In this document: in pieces, positions 40,058 through 51,630 of the stretch
Position numbering within the stretch: position 1 is the stretch's first letter
How the letters are laid out: the number at the start of each line of letters is the position of its first letter
Assembly: GCA_963728565.1 (NCBI GenBank)
Contig: CAVSLC010000020.1
Coordinates: forward strand, 64,001-128,000
Length of the DNA: 64,000 nt
Reading direction: 5' to 3'
DNA from: an uncultured delta proteobacterium
Lineage (GTDB): Bacteria; Desulfobacterota; Binatia; UBA9968
Notes under the pieces: model-generated
What the model saw: the letters and a program-made list of their open reading frames with translations, nothing else
Told to the model about the DNA's origin: nothing
Database searches by the model: none
Made by a program: the position numbers and the translations under genes

Positions 40058-43000
40058 TCAGGAGAGTAAGAGCTCGAGATCTTCGCGGGTTAGGTTGTGC
40101 AGCAAGCTATTGTCCGCGGTAATGATGGCATCTGCCAGATCGCGTTTACTTTTCTGCAGCTCCAACACCTTTTCTTCGACGGTGTCGCGCGCAATCAGAC
40201 GATAAGCAAAGACCTGGCGGGTTTGGCCGATGCGATGGGCGCGGTCGATGGCCTGAGCTTCTACGGCTGGATTCCACCAGGGATCAAGAAGGTAGACGTA
40301 TTCAGCGGCGTGTAAATTGAGACCCAGCCCGCCTGCCTTAAGGCTGATGAGGAACAACTGGATGGTTGGATCGTTCTGAAACTCCTCGACTCGCGCCTCT
40401 CGGTCGCGAGTCCGGCCATCCAGGTAGGAATAAGGGACTTGGTCACGATCGAGCCGATCACGGACAATGGCAAGCAAACTGGTGAACTGTGAGAAAACCA
40501 GCGCTTTATGTCCCTCCTCGCGCACTTGCTCGAGTTGGCCCATCAAAGTGTCGAGCTTGGCGCTGGGTTCGGCAACTTTGCTCTTATCGATCAGACCGGG
40601 ATGGCAAGCGGCCTGACGCAGACGCAGCAGCGCCTCGAGCGCCTGGAACTTGACGCGGCTACGGTCTCCATTTTCGAAGTCCTTCAACAACCGCGCGCGG
40701 TAGTAGGCGCGCAACTCGTCGTACTGTTTTTTTTCGCGCCCCTCCAGATCACAAAAGATAGTTTGCTCGGTCTTATCCGGAAGCTCGCGCGCCACCTGGC
40801 TTTTCGTGCGCCTAAGCACAAAGGGCCGCAGCGCGCGCGCCAACAAACTACGGGTGGCGGGGTCGGGATTGCGCCCGGCACGGCCAAATACCGTGGCACT
40901 GCCGAAGAGACCGGGATTGAGAAACTCGAATAAGCTCCAGAGCTCGCCCAGATGGTTTTCCACCGGGGTGCCGCTCATAGCCAGGCGGTGGTCGGCGCGT
41001 AGCAAGCGCGCCGCTTTGGCCGATAATGTTCCGGCATTTTTGATCGCCTGCGCTTCATCAAGAACACAATAGTCGAAACATTGTGCTTTAAATTCCACGG
41101 CATCGCGCCGCAGCGTGCCATAGGTGGTAATGACAACATCATAGTCGCCGAAATGTTCGCCCGGCTTTGCGCGCAACGATCCGGTATGATCAAGGAATCG
41201 CAGTTCAGGCGTAAACCGCGCAGCCTCTCTCTTCCAATGAAAGACCAGCGAACGTGGCACCACGACTAATGAAGGCCGCGGCGCTTGACGCTCGCCACGG
41301 GCATACGAGTCGCGACGCGACTCCAACAACGCTAATACCTGAACTGTTTTGCCGAGCCCCATGTCGTCGGCCAGGCAACCACCCAAGCCGAAGCGCTGCA
41401 GAAAACCGAGCCACCCCAGGCCCTCGCGCTGATAGTCGCGCAAGTGCCCAACGAAATCAGCTGTCGGGTCGGCAGCCTTGAGACCGGCGAATGAGTAGAG
41501 TTCTTGCCGTACGCGCTCGAACCCGGCATCGACAGCCACATTCTCTTCACTGGCAATTAGCGCATCGATCAAGCCGACTTGCTTTCGGCTAAACCTCAGC
41601 TGATCGCCATGCATGCTGCCCAGGCCGGCCAGCAGCCGGTATTTTTCCAGCCAATCTTCGGGCAAAATGCCGAGGGTGCCGTCATCGAGCCGGACGGTCT
41701 CTTCGCCACGCTTTATGGCGCGCAGCAATTTCGGCAGCGCCAGTTTGACTTGATCAAATTGGGCGCCGCCCTGAAGCTCAAACCAATCAACTCCCGACTT
41801 GACATTGAGACGCAGAGCGCTCGCCGGACGATAAATTTTCCCTTCGGCCTCGACTCTCCATCCGTCGCCGCTTAGCGCGCGCACGACGCTCGGAAGACGG
41901 TCCGGTGAGAATTCGAATTCGCTCTCAGAGCCGGGCCAATGCCGGCTGGCGAAAGCCAAGCTCTTTCAAGCGATTCACCGCCGCATCTTCCACGGCAAAG
42001 TCGCGATTGATCAATCGGCGACGATTTTGTTGATGTATGGCCTGTCCGGGGTACCTGTGCGGCACCAGGGTGCCGTCATACTCAAAAGAAAGATTACCGA
42101 TCAGACGAGCATTTACTGATTTGCGCTCACTTGGAGAGCTTATCGTTAAACCCGGATTAGGACGGCAGGTGACTTCTTCGAAGCTAAACTCCTGCGGTAG
42201 TTTAAGCCGTGGCCGGCGCGGCATACGCAAGATCTCATTGACGAATTCATCGCCCTCTGTTTTGGGGACAGACATCGGTCCATGATCTCGCAGAAGCTCA
42301 ATCCAGCTAAACGCGCCGAAATTGTGCAAACGAGCGATGCGACCGTCATAAACCAGCAGGCCGCCGGCAACGATGAGCTGCGGGTTTTTGAGGTCCATCT
42401 CTACGTCTTCGCGCCGTCAACACGCCCCGCACAGAGTACTCTTCTCCGGATTTATCGACGGTCATTTCCACGCCGAAGTCCCAGCGGCTCGCCTTCGTCC
42501 CATACCAGTGGCTTCTGAGCCGGGTCACTTGAGAGACCGAGTACGAATCGCTCTGTGGCGCACATCAGCGGCAACACCAGATCCCATGAAGGCTCCGCTA
42601 GGCTGAAGGTCGACTGAACTGAATCGTAGTACGGCGAATAACCGTAGCTGGTTTCTTCCCGCGCTCCAGCCAATAGCGCGAGAATTCGTCTGTCGGCGGG
42701 ATCGGGGAGAGCAGCGATCTCGTTGAGACGGATTTTTTGACTCTTGAGCTTGCCCCAACTACCATCGGCTTTTCGAACGCGCTGCGCCACTTGGATCGTC
42801 AACCGTTCGCTGTCGACGCAACCCTTCATATCGATGGCATAGATGAAGTAGCGCTCGGGGCCGTCATCCAAATTGAACCGGCGATCCTGTGCCGCCATGA
42901 CCCGCATTAAGCCGCTGAAGTTGCTGCTTCCAACTTACCTCAGGTGAACGCGAGGTTCGGCTCCGCTCAGCTGATGATAATTGAACAATCCTGGTATTTC

Positions 43001-43327
43001 TTCTCTGATTTCGCCGGGAGCGGGATCACCTAATCCGTCGAGAAACCCACTTTGCTCGGCTGCCAAAAACACCGCCCATATGTGTTTGCAGGTGACCAGC
43101 TCGCGGTCGTAAAGGGGGCAGCTGCACGAGACTTGGAAAAAATCCTGGGCCCGAAGAATGATGACTTCGTAGCGTCGCGTACCTTGGACCGTCGCCGCGA
43201 CCCGCCAAGCGCTTCCTTCGATGATGTTGACGGCGCCGTCCAGATAATACCGTTCGCCTCGCTCGCGAAAAGTCCGGCTGACACACCCGGATACTGCTGA
43301 GGTCAGGGATTTAAACGAGTTTTTCAC
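40058..43327 (-). CDS. SWIM zinc finger plus SNF2-family (DEAQ) helicase, split by several frameshifts
   Basis: SCSCP...CKHIWA (SWIM); LRDYQREG, LADDMGLGKT, LDEAQAIKN, SGTPVENH, FSQFT, GGLGLN, DPWWNPAVE.QAIDRAHRIGQ. Confidence 0.88.
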
Positions 43328-43782
43328 AATCGATCACTAATTACCGGTCGCCCTGAAACGCCGACGGCGTTGTTGGACGCGCTTTCATCGCGATGAAGTT
43401 GTTTGATCGCAGTTGTTAAAGCCTCATAAGGACGACGAATTGATGGTACTCGCCGCCATGATTTGGATGTTCGGCACAGCGCTCGGGTCAATGTCGAAGT
43501 CGCGTACTGAGTTTGAAAGACCACCCATCAAGGTAACCTTTGAGATTAACAGCCGCAAGCAGGAAACCACAACTCCCGGGCATCGGTTTTTTAAGCGCGT
43601 ACCGGGAGACTGACGAGCGATTATAGAGGAATTATAGAAATGCGCTCGCGCCCTGAACCATGCTTTAGCTCCGTTGATGCCGCACGAGTGCTGGCAACGC
43701 GAAATTGCGGTCACGGCTCGGCCAGGCAGCGTGGAAGGTCTCGATGGATCGGAATGTGGGAGCTGATCGCAAGCGGCCGTCA

Positions 43783-44792
43783 TCAACGCTCTGACAGCAC
43801 CGCTTTTACAAAGCCGCTTTGATCGAGCTCTCGTACCAGGCGGCTATCGGAAAAATCTTCGGGCTTTGCACCTTTGGCCTTAGGGTTTTGTTTCTCCAGT
43901 CCCTGCAGCAAGCTGGCAATGCCGCTGATGGATGGATACGGCGGAATCGCAAAGTTGGATTTGACCACGGCATTATAACTCTCCTCGAGGATTTCCCGGT
44001 CGTCGGTTCTGAAATATTTGGCTCATTGCCTTTAGGGCAAAGTTCTTGTCCTTCTGCGCTCGCGCCGCGCCTTCGATGTATGCCCGCAAGAAACGTCTCA
44101 CCATATCTTCGTTGGTTTTTAGATATCGCCGCGTCGTCACCACTCCGTTGATGTGATATTCCGCATCCAGCTTGGACATATCCAAAAGCTCTTTAAGCTT
44201 GACTTTGCGCGCCTGCAAGGTCGCGGGAGGAGTGATTGCCGCCGCGTGGACCTTTCCTGCCGCCATCGCGGTTACTGTTTCTGCCGGTCCTCCCGTCTGA
44301 ACCATAGTTATGTCGCGTTCAGGTTCAATCCCATAGGCGCGCAGGGCGAATCTGGAAGCGAGATCGGAAAGTGTTCCAAACCGGGTTGCGCCAAATACCT
44401 TTCCTCTTAGATCCTCCATTTTTTCGATGCCCGGCCGGGCAAAGATCGAGAACAGAAACTTACGCACGATCGTCGCGATAATCACAGTGTCAGCGCCGGA
44501 GAAGTTGGCTTGGATTGAGGCAGCGCCGCCAAGCTGGATAATCGGCAACTCACCTGCGAGCATCGCCTGAAGAGCCAGGGAACTGCCGGGAATGCTGATC
44601 GTCTCGGCGTCCAAGCCGTGCTTCTCGTAATAGTTTCCCTCCTTGGCAAGCCACATGGTCATCTGCGTCGCCGACGCCGAGCCTCCGCCGAGCCGAATTT
44701 TGTCGAGTTTCTTTTCTTGCGCCGGTGCAGCGCCGAATAGAGCTAAGGTGATGAACACGGCGCAAGGCAATATCAGGCGATTGACTGTTCAT
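43783..44792 (-). CDS. ABC substrate-binding protein (NMT1/SsuA type); frameshifts near 44770 and 44010
   Basis: AGGAG RBS and ATG 44792; WLAKEG.YYEKHGLD, DLRGK.FG.TRFG; C-terminal KPEDFSDSRLVRELDQSGFV in ORF 43783..43968. Confidence 0.8.
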
Positions 44793-44893
44793 GTGACTCT
44801 CCTTCTCGCAGCTACAAGTCGTGCCAAAATAGAGAGACAGCAGCCTAGGTGTCAAGCGATCCGGCTGGGCGGTCGCTAAGCCGAGGGCAAGGA

Positions 44894-45685
44894 CTATGAG
44901 CGGTGGGTCTCTTTCTGTAGAAGCGCTTTTAGGGTTGCGGCGTTTTTTAGCGCATGGCCATGCAAATCATTATTGAAGTAGACGTAAGCGTCCAGTCCGG
45001 ATTCTAGATAGCCTTTAATTTCTCGGGCGTAAACACCAAGGGTTGCATCATCGTAGTTGCCGTCGTAATGGCCGCCGTGAAATCGCATGTAGACCCAATC
45101 GGCGGTAACCTCTCGGGGGTGCTCGGGGATCATGTCGTGGATGCACAAAGCGGCGCGATAGCGACGCAGCACCTCATACACTTCGTTTATCAACCAGCGC
45201 GGATCGCGAAACTCCACCGTCCACCGATGTCTCCGCGGAGCGGCTGCAAGAAAGTCTGCTAATCGTTCTACGTTGACATCCCATCTTGGCGGCAGCTGGA
45301 CGAGAATCGGAGCCAAGTGATCCGCAAGGCGCTCGGCGCGTTCGGTGAATCTACGGATGGTGTCCTCGGCATTCTTCAGTTTCATGACGTGCGAACCGTA
45401 GCGGCTGAATTTCAGGGCGAAACAGAATCCGTCCGGGGCGCCGGCCCTCCAGGCATCGAAGTAAGTTTCCGGCGGCAGGCGGTAGAAGGTGTTGTTGAGC
45501 TCAACCGTGTCGAACTGCGCGGCATAGTAAGCGAACCATTGCTTGGAAGAAAGATTCTCAGGGTAGAAGATTCCCTTCCAGTGCTTGTAGTGAAAACCGG
45601 AGGTGCCGATACGGTAGTGACCGGAGCGTCTACCCGTCCGGGCTTGCTTTGATGCAAGGTCTGTCATCGGCGGAGTTGCCGTCAT
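44894..45685 (-). CDS. DUF72 domain protein
   Basis: IGTSGFHYKHWKG.FYP, FDTVELNNTFYRLP, LVQLPP, VEFRD, YMRFHG, YFNND..GHA. Confidence 0.92.
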   Translation of the reverse strand: MTATPPMTDLASKQARTGRRSGHYRIGTSGFHYKHWKGIFYPENLSSKQWFAYYAAQFDTVELNNTFYRLPPETYFDAWRAGAPDGFCFALKFSRYGSHVMKLKNAEDTIRRFTERAERLADHLAPILVQLPPRWDVNVERLADFLAAAPRRHRWTVEFRDPRWLINEVYEVLRRYRAALCIHDMIPEHPREVTADWVYMRFHGGHYDGNYDDATLGVYAREIKGYLESGLDAYVYFNNDLHGHALKNAATLKALLQKETHRS

Positions 45686-45778
45686 CTAGATCGATGTGCT
45701 GTGGGTAAAATTCCTATAAAGAGCGTAACCTCCACAACGACTGAGTCAACCGAGACCCTCATAGACTAAACCTAGGGA

Positions 45779-47299
45779 TCATGCCGGCGGGTAAACAACT
45801 CCTGAGCCGGGACCAAGCGGAATCCCCAGGAGTAGCCAGGCAATCAGCAGAAAGGTCCAGCCGATCGCGAAGCTAACCGAGTACGGCAGCATCAGCGTCA
45901 GCAAAGTTCCAAGGCCGATAGATGGTTGATATTTTTGCGCGAACGCGATGATCAACGGCATGTAGGGCATGAGAGGCGTGATAATATTGGTAAAGGAATC
46001 GCCGATTCGATAAGCGCCTTGGGTCATCTCAGGAGAGAAACCGAGAATCATCAGCATCGGCACAAACACAGGTCCGATAACGGCCCACTTGGCCGAGGCG
46101 CTGGCGACAAAGAGATCGATGGCGGCGCAAACAAAAATAAATAAAACGATCAGTGGGATCCCCGACAAGCCCGAGCCACGCAACAAGTCAGCGCCGCTGA
46201 CGGCCAGTATCAAGCCGAGATTGGACCAGCCGAAGTAGGCGACAAACTGGCTTGCCGCAAACGCCAACGCGATGTAGCTCCCCATGGTGCCAAGGGTCTC
46301 TTCGATCATGCGTGCGACGTCGCGGTTGCTTGTGATCGTTCCTGCCGCCAAGCCATAGGCAAGCGCCGGCAGCAAGAACCCCACAGCCATCAAAACCACC
46401 ATACCTTGAAAGAACGGCTCGAGAGTGCCGTTGGCATCGCGCAAGAGTGCGTCCTGCGGCGCTACCAGGAAGAGCAATATGACGAGCTCGGAAACGAGAG
46501 TGATCCCCGCAGCCTTCAAGCCGCGCTTTTCTTGGATCTCCAGGACTACCGAACCGGGCGCCTCTTGCATTCGATACGGACCCAATCTCGGCTCGATAAT
46601 CAAGTTGGTTACGAGCGCACCGATGCCGGTCAGCAAGAAAGTGGAGGCGATCATCAAATAGTAATTTGCGCTGGCTGGAACCACGTACTTCGGATCATAG
46701 AGTCTCGCTGCCTCCTGGGTAAGGCCAGCCAGAAGCGGATCGAGCGGCGTGAGAAACAGGTTGGCGCTGAACCCTCCCGATACTCCGGCGAAGGCGGCAG
46801 CCAACCCGGCAATCGGATGGCGGCCGACTTGCGCAAATAGGACCGCCCCAAGTGGTATGAGGATGACGTACCCCGCATCCACCGTGAGACTGGCGTTGAC
46901 CCCGGCAAATACCAACGCGGTCGTAATCAGCCAAGACGGCACACTCCGTACGAATCCTTTGAGGGCGGCGGAAAAAAGGCCGCTCCGCTCCGCCACACCT
47001 ACCCCGATCATCGCGACCAGCACCGTGCCTAATGGAGCAAAGCCGGTAAAATTTCCCACAGCCTTGGTGACGATGTTCTGGATGCCCTGGCGATCGAGTA
47101 GGTTAACGGCGGCGATCTGTTTCCCTGTCACGGGATGAACTACCGCGAATCCCAAAACATGGGCGAGGAATGAAAAAATCAGAACTATAAGGGAAAAGAG
47201 TATAAATAGATTGAACGGATGCGGCAGCTTGTTACCCCAGCGCTCAATCCTGTCGAGCAAGCCTGCAGTAAAGCTTCTCGGACGCAGCTTGGTCATCAT
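45779..47299 (-). CDS. abgT: AbgT family transporter
   Basis: IERWGNKLPHP, NFTGFAPLG, GRHPIAG, SGGFSAN, SASAKW, AYRIGDS.TNIITP. Confidence 0.93.
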   Translation of the reverse strand: MMTKLRPRSFTAGLLDRIERWGNKLPHPFNLFILFSLIVLIFSFLAHVLGFAVVHPVTGKQIAAVNLLDRQGIQNIVTKAVGNFTGFAPLGTVLVAMIGVGVAERSGLFSAALKGFVRSVPSWLITTALVFAGVNASLTVDAGYVILIPLGAVLFAQVGRHPIAGLAAAFAGVSGGFSANLFLTPLDPLLAGLTQEAARLYDPKYVVPASANYYLMIASTFLLTGIGALVTNLIIEPRLGPYRMQEAPGSVVLEIQEKRGLKAAGITLVSELVILLFLVAPQDALLRDANGTLEPFFQGMVVLMAVGFLLPALAYGLAAGTITSNRDVARMIEETLGTMGSYIALAFAASQFVAYFGWSNLGLILAVSGADLLRGSGLSGIPLIVLFIFVCAAIDLFVASASAKWAVIGPVFVPMLMILGFSPEMTQGAYRIGDSFTNIITPLMPYMPLIIAFAQKYQPSIGLGTLLTLMLPYSVSFAIGWTFLLIAWLLLGIPLGPGSGVVYPPA

Positions 47300-47614
47300 C
47301 GCCCTTTGAATAATACTCTCCGCTTGAATCAGTCAAGTAGATAGCCTCTTGGCCTGCCCGCTGCCGGCGCGGACCAGCTCAGCCAATTGAACGAATATCA
47401 TCAAAGCATCGATCACCGTGTGCGGCGATCAAGCGATCAATTCGCGTGTATTGCAGATTTGCCGCCGCAGCAGATTTCATCAGGCTCGGCTAACAAGTGG
47501 CGACGGTTAACGCCGCTTGCTGGGTAAATGGGCGCTTCACAGTGAGCAAAGAGCGCTGTTCAGCTTGCCAAAGCTGATTGAAGACCCAGGGGATAAATGT
47601 TAGACGGAACACCT

Positions 47615-49684
47615 ATGGCAAAGCACCGAGTAACGGTTGACACGGGAGGAACATTTTCCGACTTTGTCTTTTTTAATGAAGAGACCGGCGAAATCAGCAT
47701 CACCAAGTTGCCGTCAACGCCAAGGGAACCGTTTCAAGCGGTGCTAAACGGCGTCAAGGAATTACTCGCAGGCGGAGTGGCGGCCGGAGATGTTTCATTT
47801 TTCTGCCACGGCACCACCGTCGGCACCAATGCTCTCCTCGAAGAAAAAGGCGCCAAGACCGGCTTGCTCGTGACCCAAGGCTTTCGTGGCATTTATGAGG
47901 TGATGGAGCAAACCCGAGGTTACGGTCCCGCTACCTACGATTTATTTTTTGAAAAGCCGCGGCTCCTGGCTCCTCCCTATTATACCGAAGAAGTACCCGA
48001 ACGGGTCGACTTTCGCGGCAACGCCTTAAAACCCATCGACGTCGAAGCCGCGCGCCAAGCGATCAGCCGCTTGAAGAAAAAGGGCGTGCAGTCGGTCGCG
48101 GTTTGCTTCCTGTTTTCATTTTTAAATCCGGATCACGAGCTCAAGATCAAAGAGCTCTTCGCCGCAGAATTTCCCGAGGCGCAGCTCTCGCTTTCTTATG
48201 AAGTGCTGCCGCAGATTCGCGAGTTCTATCGAATGAGCACCACCATCATCAACGCGTACATCCAGCCGGTGATGGCCAACTATTTGGGCAGTCTTGAGAA
48301 GCGCATGCGTGAAATGGGGATCACCACGCCCAAGCTTTATATCATGCAATCCAACGGCGGCGTTTCGACGTTTGCAGGCTCAGCCAAAAAGCCGGTGGCT
48401 ACCGTTCTTTCCGGTCCCGCCGGCGGCGTCATCGCTTCAATGGGAACTTGCGAGCGCGTTGGCATCAACAACATCATCACCTTCGACATGGGCGGTACCA
48501 GCTGTGACGTGGCGTTGATTCATCGGGGTAATCCGGTCATCACGACTCAAGGGAAAATCAACTTGCGGCCAATCGCGCTGCCAATGCTCGATATTCACAC
48601 AGTCAGCGCCGGCGGCGGCACCATCGCCCGACTTGACGCGGTTGGCGGTTTACAGGTAGGCCCGGATAGCGCCGGCGCCGATCCGGGCCCGGTCTGCTAC
48701 GACCGTGGCGGCGAAAATATCACCATCACCGATGCCAATATGGTGATCGGTGTTTTGGACCCTGAACACTTTCTCGGCGGCCGCATGAAGCTTGATAAAG
48801 CAAAAGCCCAGCGTCTGCTCGAAGAAAGCATTGCCAAACCGTTGACAATGGATTTGATGGAAGCGGCCCACGGGGTGCTCGACATCATCAATGTCAAGAT
48901 GGAAGAGGCGATCAAGGCAGTATCGTCCCAGCGAGGTTATGACATACGTGATTTTACTCTAGTGGCCTTTGGCGGCGGCGGGCCCATGCATGCTGGCAGG
49001 ATGGCTCTGGATTTAGGCATTACTTCGGTGCTGATTCCGCTCACGCCCGGCGTTCACTCAGCGCTGGGCTTGCTCATGTCCGATGTCAAGCATGATTACG
49101 TCCGATCCAAATTAGTCGGGCTTGATGATCTGGATTTGGACGAGATCAATCGGATGTTCGGCCAGCTCATCGATCAGGCAAAAGCCGATCTTCACGGCGA
49201 AGGTTTTGGCGATAGCGAAATCAAAATGGAACCCTATCTGGATCTGCGCTATGCCGGTCAGGGTTACGAGCTGACCGTTCCCTGTCCCATGCCGCCGCTG
49301 ACCAAGGATGACTTGGCGCTGATGCGGGCTCGCTTCGATACGGTCCACGAGCAAAACTCCGGGCATAAAGCCGAGACCGAACCGGTCGAACTGGTGAGCC
49401 TTCGCTTGATTTCACTTGGCATCGTTCCTCAGGCCAAGCTTTCACCCGGTAAAGTTTCCGGCCGCACGGTGGAACAAGCAACAACGGGAACGCGAAAAGT
49501 ATTTTTTGGCAGGCAGCATGGGATGTTGAACACCCAGGTATATAGCCGGGAGGCGCTCGAACCGGGGCACAGGCTCAGCGGTCCGGCAATTGTCGAGCAG
49601 TTGGATACGACAACTGTCATTCACCCGGAGCAGGAAGTCACGGTCGACGATTACCGAAATCTAATCATGAGAAACAAGCAGTAA
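47615..49684 (+). CDS. Hydantoinase A/oxoprolinase family ATP-binding subunit
   Basis: VDTGGTFSD, HGTTVGTNALLE, SGPAGG, DMGGTSCD, GPDSAGADPGP, AFGGGG, RYAGQGYEL. Confidence 0.93.
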   Translation: MAKHRVTVDTGGTFSDFVFFNEETGEISITKLPSTPREPFQAVLNGVKELLAGGVAAGDVSFFCHGTTVGTNALLEEKGAKTGLLVTQGFRGIYEVMEQTRGYGPATYDLFFEKPRLLAPPYYTEEVPERVDFRGNALKPIDVEAARQAISRLKKKGVQSVAVCFLFSFLNPDHELKIKELFAAEFPEAQLSLSYEVLPQIREFYRMSTTIINAYIQPVMANYLGSLEKRMREMGITTPKLYIMQSNGGVSTFAGSAKKPVATVLSGPAGGVIASMGTCERVGINNIITFDMGGTSCDVALIHRGNPVITTQGKINLRPIALPMLDIHTVSAGGGTIARLDAVGGLQVGPDSAGADPGPVCYDRGGENITITDANMVIGVLDPEHFLGGRMKLDKAKAQRLLEESIAKPLTMDLMEAAHGVLDIINVKMEEAIKAVSSQRGYDIRDFTLVAFGGGGPMHAGRMALDLGITSVLIPLTPGVHSALGLLMSDVKHDYVRSKLVGLDDLDLDEINRMFGQLIDQAKADLHGEGFGDSEIKMEPYLDLRYAGQGYELTVPCPMPPLTKDDLALMRARFDTVHEQNSGHKAETEPVELVSLRLISLGIVPQAKLSPGKVSGRTVEQATTGTRKVFFGRQHGMLNTQVYSREALEPGHRLSGPAIVEQLDTTTVIHPEQEVTVDDYRNLIMRNKQ

Positions 49685-49699
49685 TAAGGCTCCGAGGAG

Positions 49700-49761
49700 T
49701 GGAACGACTTGAACCATTTGAAGTGCTAATTCCATCAGTTTCAGTGGGTCCAATCGTTCCA
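49700..49761. repeat. 9-bp periodic T(T/G)GAACnnn imperfect inverted repeat
   Basis: TGGAACGAC-TTGAACCAT-TTGAA ... TTCAGTGGGTCCAATCGTTCCA. Confidence 0.65.
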
Positions 49762-49777
49762 GCCGGATCTACTAGCA

Positions 49778-51526
49778 ATGAGTTCGAAATCTATGAATGT
49801 TGATCCAGTAACCCTGCAAGTGATTCAGGCACGTTTGGCCGGCATCGTCCAGGAGATGCAAAATTCACTCTTTCGCACAGGCTATTCAACGATCATCCGC
49901 GAATCCCAAGACGCCAGCTGCGCGATCTTGAATCGCCAGGGCGAAGTCGTCGCCCAGCATGTGGTATTGCCGCTGCACATGGGCGCATTTCCCGCCTGCG
50001 CCGCAGGTATTTTAAAAAATTACAGCGCCGAGGAAATTCACCAAGGTGACGCCTTCATCACCAATCACCCATATCTCGGCGGCAGCCCTCACGCTCCCGA
50101 CATGGCGGTGCTGTCGCCGATTTTCTTCCACGACGAGTGGGTCGGTTTCGCGGCAAATCTCGCGCATAAAAGCGATATTGGGGGTCCCGTGCCGGGAAGC
50201 TGCTGGAGCCAGGCCCGGGAAATCTATCAAGAAGGTCTTCACGTTCCGCCGATCAAGTTCGTTCACAGATATCAAACCAGTAAAGACATCGAAGCCGTTC
50301 TCGGCGCCAACAGCCGCACTCCGGAGCTGGTGGTTGGAGACCTGCGCGGCCAAGTCGGCGCCGCGCGGCTTGGCGAAAATCGCTTCCAAGAGATGATGGA
50401 GCGCTACGGCAAAGAAACGATCCTAAGCTCGTTCGAGCAACTGTTTGCATTGACTGAAGCCAAGGTGCGCGCAGAAATCGCCTCCTGGCCCGATGGCACC
50501 GGCGAGGGCGAGCGATTCGTCGACAGCGATGGGATCGATCTCGATACGCCCGTGCGCCTGCATGTGCGCATGGAAAAGAAAGGCCAGGACCTGCTCTTTG
50601 ACTTTACCGGTTGCGCCGACCAAACCAGAGGTCCGGCGAATATTCGTCCGACCATTGTGCGCGCGGCCTGCTGTTATCTTCTCACCTGTCTGGTCGATCC
50701 AGCGCTGGCCATCAACTATGGATTGGCAAAGGTTATCAATATCAAAGTTCGCGAAGGCAGCGTCGTCAACCCGCGCTTTCCCGCGCCGGTAAACACTTAT
50801 AACCCGACCGTCCATGCGTTGGTGGAATCATTACTGGAAGCGTCAAGCCAGATCACGCCCCATAAAAAGGTGGGCGACGGCTGCAGCAGCCGGTCCATCA
50901 TTATTGGCGGACGCAGCAATAAAACCGGCAAAGGTTACGTGCAGTATGAAATCTTCGGCGGCGGCTCTGGCGGTCGCAGCGGCAAAGACGGCGTCTCCGG
51001 CACCAACGTCAATCAATCCAACGCCAAGATCGCGCCGATTGAAATTATCGAGTCCGAGTTCTCTACGCGCTTGAGAAGATTCCAGCTGATTCCCGATTCG
51101 GGCGGGCCCGGAACATTTCGCGGCGGCTTGGGTTTTGTTCGAGAATACGAAGTCTTGGACAATGACGCGCGTTTTTCGCTGCGATCGACCAAGCATACGG
51201 TCGCCCCTAAAGGCATTGACGGCGGCGCCGATGGCAAGACCGGTCATTGTACGTTAAATCCAGGCAAGCCAGACGAGCGGGCGATCCCGTCGCGCTTCTC
51301 GGACTACGTACTCCATCCGGGCGATGTGTTTAGCCTGGAAACGCCTGGCGGCGGCGGACTCGGCGATCCGTTGCAAAGAGATCCTCACCGAGTTCTCGGC
51401 GATGTGCGCAACGGTTATGTGACCCGAGAAAAGGCGCGAGAAGTTTACCGAGTGGCCATTGATGAAAAAGACAGCGACTTCATCCTCAATGAACGCGAAA
51501 CCCGCGCGCTACGCCGACAGACATGA
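49778..51526 (+). CDS. Hydantoinase B/oxoprolinase family subunit (paralogue 1)
   Basis: EMQNSLFRTGYSTIIRE, NHPYLGG.H.PD, HKSDIGG, QEG, DSGG.G.FRGG, PGGGGLGDP. Confidence 0.93.
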   Translation: MSSKSMNVDPVTLQVIQARLAGIVQEMQNSLFRTGYSTIIRESQDASCAILNRQGEVVAQHVVLPLHMGAFPACAAGILKNYSAEEIHQGDAFITNHPYLGGSPHAPDMAVLSPIFFHDEWVGFAANLAHKSDIGGPVPGSCWSQAREIYQEGLHVPPIKFVHRYQTSKDIEAVLGANSRTPELVVGDLRGQVGAARLGENRFQEMMERYGKETILSSFEQLFALTEAKVRAEIASWPDGTGEGERFVDSDGIDLDTPVRLHVRMEKKGQDLLFDFTGCADQTRGPANIRPTIVRAACCYLLTCLVDPALAINYGLAKVINIKVREGSVVNPRFPAPVNTYNPTVHALVESLLEASSQITPHKKVGDGCSSRSIIIGGRSNKTGKGYVQYEIFGGGSGGRSGKDGVSGTNVNQSNAKIAPIEIIESEFSTRLRRFQLIPDSGGPGTFRGGLGFVREYEVLDNDARFSLRSTKHTVAPKGIDGGADGKTGHCTLNPGKPDERAIPSRFSDYVLHPGDVFSLETPGGGGLGDPLQRDPHRVLGDVRNGYVTREKAREVYRVAIDEKDSDFILNERETRALRRQT

Positions 51527-51543
51527 AGTGCGGCATTTCCTCC

Positions 51544-51612
51544 GAACAATTTGAACGTCTTGGCCGGTTTGAACGTTTTGAACCGCACGTTAAAGCGTTC
51601 GAATGGTTAAGC
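51544..51612. repeat. 9-bp periodic TTGAACnnn tandem/inverted repeat
   Basis: GAACAAT-TTGAACGTC-TTGGCCGGT-TTGAACGTT-TTGAACCGC, then inverted units GTTAAAGC-GTTCGAATG-GTTAAG. Confidence 0.65.
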
Positions 51613-51630
51613 TCTAGTCGCGCCGTCGTA

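Noticed and set aside
43324-43822. Short ORFs between SNF2 and the SBP gene
   Set aside because: No motifs or RBS, and they overlap each other on both strands.
51523-51630. N-terminal extension of hydantoinase B paralogue 2
   Set aside because: It is read-through of the 9-bp repeat; homology to paralogue 1 starts at ATG 51631.
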